NCBI GenBank assembly: GCA_900617105.1
Contig: UYFQ01000001.1
Span: forward strand, 2,294,001-2,358,000
Length of the DNA stretch: 64,000 bases
From: Hydrurus foetidus
Taxonomy: Eukaryota
Direction of reading: 5' to 3'
Below the pieces are notes generated by a model that saw only the letters and a list, made by a program, of their open reading frames with translations, searched no databases and had not been told where the DNA came from. Below are positions 60,322 through 64,000 of this stretch, in pieces. Position numbers and translations under genes: made by a program. Each line of letters opens with the position of its first letter. The stretch's first letter is position 1.

Positions 60322-62196
60322 CTAGCGAGCATGCGTATCAGTGGCTTTTGTAAGCTGATCAGCATGCTTTTTAATGGCATCAAAATCTTCCCGGCGCATG
60401 GTGTCTTCAATCCCGTTGATCAGGCTGTGCAGCTCCTGGGGTCGCGGCCTGGAGGAAGATTGACTGTCTTGGCTGGCACTTGCCACGCCAGACGTATCCC
60501 CCGACTTGGCCGTCGTCATTACACCGCTGACCCAACCCACCCGTTTGCCGTTTTCCATCTTTTGTAGCACTTTCTTGGCCGCCAGTTCAAGATTGCCAAG
60601 CGTTGATCCGCTGGCTGGCGCCCAAGCCAACGCAATGCGTGCGGTTTGTGCCATGGGCGCGCTGTGGCTGGCCACCGCCATGATGCGGGTAATGAGTTTT
60701 TGAGCCAGCGCGTTACCCGCCTTGACGTCTGGCGGCGTGACTACCAGCACCCCAAACGCATTTGTTGACAGGCGGGCAACCGTGTCAACCACCGAAATAC
60801 TGGACGACAGCGCCGCCGCCATTTGCACCATGCCAGACTCGAAACCCTCGCCTCCAAACTGCTCTTCAAGGGTTTCCCGGTCGCTTATCGAGATGTAGAG
60901 AAACAAGGCGTTTGAATTCGACTTGGCGGCCTCGCGCACTGTCTTGGCCAGCCTGGCCTCAAACACGCCGCGATTGAGCAAACCGGTCAGTGCGTCGCGC
61001 CCGCCCGATCGCTCTGCCCGCGCCACCACGCGATTGCCGTGCCTGTACTGCTGCAGCAGCGCCATCAGTAAAAAAGTATTCGATGACCAAAACGCCACAG
61101 CAGAGATTGAAAAACTGAAAGTGCCATCAAGGTAGCCCCAATACGCCGCAATCGGCGCGAAGAGGCTAGCGCACAACAGCAGCATCGCCACCAGCGAAAG
61201 CAGACCGTGCCGCTGACCCCGCACCACGCTGGCCAGCGCAATGCCTAGGCCAAACAGCAAACTAGCTATCAAAAACGGCGACAGCATGGCCCACTGGGTT
61301 GCCCTGGGCACGGTGAACAACATGACCAGCACAGCAGTCAAACTGCCGAGCAGCCAAAACGTGGCTGCATGCGCGGTGAGCCGGGAATAATATTTTTGCG
61401 CCACAACCAGACTGATGGTCCACGGCACAACGGCCCCAAAAATGGCGGCAGAAATGTACTTCACGTAGTCGTTAAACCAGGTGGTAGTGGTGCCAATGTA
61501 GATCCCGAAGATACCGCCTTGCCCGCCCGCCACAAAAAAAACACTGGCCGAATACAGCCCCGCTGCCACAAAGGCAAAGCGCCTGAAAATAACCGCAGCC
61601 CCGCTGCAAATCAACAGGCTAATGAAGGCCAAAGCCAGGGCTGCGCCCGCCTCCAGATTGCGAACGGTGTGGTCTTCCCGAAAAGCCGGGTCACCCCAAA
61701 GAATCACTGGGCTCGGGAATAAGCCCGGCCCTGGTACTTCGAGCACCATTTGCAGTTCGCCCGGCTTGGGCGGAATGACAAAAACCGGAGCCCGGTCGGC
61801 AAACGGCCACTTCACCATGGGCACCTGGTCGCCGGCGGTGAAGTGTGTCCAGGCATCGTTGTTGTAGCGGTAACTCAAGTGCACTCTGTCCAGGCGCGGC
61901 ATCGGCAGTTGAACCAGCAAACTGTGTGGGCTGTCGGCAAGCTGCATTGACCACCTGCCGATCAGGCGTTCGCCGTCTTTGACGGTTACGGGTACTTTTT
62001 GGCCGGGCTTGAATTGGCTGTCTGGCCAATTCCATACGGTCTGGGCGTCAAGCAGCTGCGACGGCAGCCCAGCGCCCATCGGCACCATGGCGGTTTGCCA
62101 CGCCGTGCGTACGTCCAGGCTCAGGCGGGCACGATCTTGCTGGCGCAAGTCGAGTTGCGGCGCCGCATGCAATGACCCCGCCAGAGAGCACTGCAT
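60322..62196 (-). CDS. 7TM-DISM-type membrane sensor with degenerate GGDEF domain
   Basis: Periplasmic domain (PRLDRV, AGDQVP..WP), about seven TM segments, DALTGLLNR; RLSTNAF where RxGGDEF is expected. Confidence 0.82.
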   Translation of the reverse strand: MQCSLAGSLHAAPQLDLRQQDRARLSLDVRTAWQTAMVPMGAGLPSQLLDAQTVWNWPDSQFKPGQKVPVTVKDGERLIGRWSMQLADSPHSLLVQLPMPRLDRVHLSYRYNNDAWTHFTAGDQVPMVKWPFADRAPVFVIPPKPGELQMVLEVPGPGLFPSPVILWGDPAFREDHTVRNLEAGAALALAFISLLICSGAAVIFRRFAFVAAGLYSASVFFVAGGQGGIFGIYIGTTTTWFNDYVKYISAAIFGAVVPWTISLVVAQKYYSRLTAHAATFWLLGSLTAVLVMLFTVPRATQWAMLSPFLIASLLFGLGIALASVVRGQRHGLLSLVAMLLLCASLFAPIAAYWGYLDGTFSFSISAVAFWSSNTFLLMALLQQYRHGNRVVARAERSGGRDALTGLLNRGVFEARLAKTVREAAKSNSNALFLYISISDRETLEEQFGGEGFESGMVQMAAALSSSISVVDTVARLSTNAFGVLVVTPPDVKAGNALAQKLITRIMAVASHSAPMAQTARIALAWAPASGSTLGNLELAAKKVLQKMENGKRVGWVSGVMTTAKSGDTSGVASASQDSQSSSRPRPQELHSLINGIEDTMRREDFDAIKKHADQLTKATDTHAR

Positions 62197-62273
62197 CGCA
62201 AGCAGTGTCGGTAGCCAAAATAGCCTGGATATTTGTAACTTCGTGTGCGCCTGATTATCTGCGCTTTGTAACT

Positions 62274-62340
62274 GCTACATATTTTGTAGCTGCAAGCTCC
62301 TGTATTGATTCGGCTACAGCACTAAAACGATGCGAAAAAC
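62274..62340 (+). repeat. Dispersed N7 element, copy 10
   Basis: GCTAC-ATATTTT-GTAGC-TGCAAGCTC-CTGTATTGATTCGGCTACAGCACTAAAA. Confidence 0.82.
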
Positions 62341-62356
62341 GACTGAAAAGTACGTT

Positions 62357-63123
<767 letters not shown>

Positions 63124-63130
63124 GGCTAAA

Positions 63131-63826
63131 TTATGCGCTTGCGGCGGTTTCAGCCGGCGTTTCAGTTGGCGTTTCAGTAGGCGATTTAGTCAACAGATGA
63201 AAATGCACAGCACCAGCTTTGCCGAAGCGATGCACGGTTAAGCCGAGCGGGGCCAGCTCTTCATCAAGCCACGGTTTGGCCGCCTCCAGGTACACAAAAC
63301 CCGGTACCGCTATGGCCACCGCCGCCGCTTTCAACGCGGCTTCTAACGCGGTCGACTCATACGGCGGGTCTAAAAAAACCAGCTGCAAACTGCCGCAGCT
63401 GACGCGGCGCAGCAGGCTGACACCATCGCCCCGCTCTACTTTGACCGCAGCGGCTTTTAGCTTGATTTGCGAAGCTTTGAGTTTGTCGGCCAGCGCGGCA
63501 TCTTGCTCGCACAGCACCACGTCTAGAGCGCCGCGCGACGCGGCCTCAAAACCCAGCACGCCAGTGCCAGCAAAGGCGTCTACGCAGCGCCAGCCGGTCA
63601 GGTCTTGACCCAGCCAGTTGAACAGCGTTTCACGCACCCGGTCGGGCGTGGGGCGCAAGCCTGCCACCGCAGCTACTGGCAATTTGCTGCGCTTGTACAG
63701 GCCGCCAATAATGCGCACTTCACCCGGGGGAATGGTTTTGCGGCCCACCACTTTGCCCGACCTGGCCAATTTTTTTGCGGGGTCTTTAGCTGGTTTTTCG
63801 GCGGCAACTTGGGCGGTGTATTTCAT
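63131..63826 (-). CDS. rsmD: 16S rRNA m2G966 methyltransferase
   Basis: VRIIGG, LRPTPDRVRETLFNWL, DAFAGTG, FLDPPY; ATG at 63826. Confidence 0.95.
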   Translation of the reverse strand: MKYTAQVAAEKPAKDPAKKLARSGKVVGRKTIPPGEVRIIGGLYKRSKLPVAAVAGLRPTPDRVRETLFNWLGQDLTGWRCVDAFAGTGVLGFEAASRGALDVVLCEQDAALADKLKASQIKLKAAAVKVERGDGVSLLRRVSCGSLQLVFLDPPYESTALEAALKAAAVAIAVPGFVYLEAAKPWLDEELAPLGLTVHRFGKAGAVHFHLLTKSPTETPTETPAETAASA

Positions 63827-63860
63827 GACTTCTTGCAGAGCTTTTTTTTGGGGGGCAGTG

Positions 63861-64000
63861 TCAAGGCTTGGCGCCCAACACAACAGTCACCATTTTGTCA
63901 GGTTGCAGCTTGGCCGAAAAAGCGGCTTTGATGTCTTGCGTGGTCACCTTGCCGACCTGCTCAGTCCAGGTGTCGAGATAGGTCAGCGGCAAGTTATTCC
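63861..64000 (-). CDS. C-terminus of an M16 (pitrilysin-family) peptidase, truncated by the window edge
   Basis: NNLPLTYLDTWTEQVGKVTTQDIKAAFSAKLQPDKMVTVVLGAKP*; upstream of rsmD. Confidence 0.75.
   Translation of the reverse strand, partial: NNLPLTYLDTWTEQVGKVTTQDIKAAFSAKLQPDKMVTVVLGAKP

Noticed and set aside
7803..62277. Genome-wide amber recoding suggested by two N-terminal in-frame TAGs
   Set aside because: RF1 is intact and TAG ends several genes at their expected C-termini (ubiB, pilB, ispB, grxD).
63143..63185. 12-bp tandem repeats at the end of rsmD (PTETPTETPAET)
   Set aside because: Short in-frame low-complexity tail with no evidence of function.

Overview
Chromosomal segment of a Comamonadaceae-type betaproteobacterium (Polaromonas-like, inferred from protein sequences and gene order). 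Most of it is housekeeping: aspS-nudB-clsB, ubiE-Tim44-ubiJ-ubiB, ugpBAEC-ugpQ, hemA-prfA-prmC-grxD, pilB-pilC-pilD-coaE-zapD-yacG, ispB, rplU-rpmA-obgE-proB, rppH, proS and rsmD-coaD-yfhL. It also has a split ligase-associated DNA-repair system (exonuclease plus ATP-dependent ligase, with the Lhr-type helicase placed behind folE-BLUF-DUF429). A ~9 kb accessory island between a DUF971 gene and ubiE carries an M60-family lipoprotein peptidase, an IS91/ISCR remnant with oriIS and a DUF1800/DUF1501 pair; the two cargo units share a duplicated ~118-bp upstream block. The most striking unexplained signal is a dispersed ~55-70 bp element with fixed geometry, (G/A)CTA(T/C)-N7-(A/G)(T/G/A)AGC-TKCTYGCGC-C. 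I found 11 copies by eye, none in the island, and several lie inside reading frames: an in-frame loop in an FAD/Fe-S oxidoreductase, a helix of CoaD, a small membrane protein, and the stop codon of the ligase. No tRNA, rRNA or CRISPR array was recognised. All calls come from reading the sequence; no searches were run.
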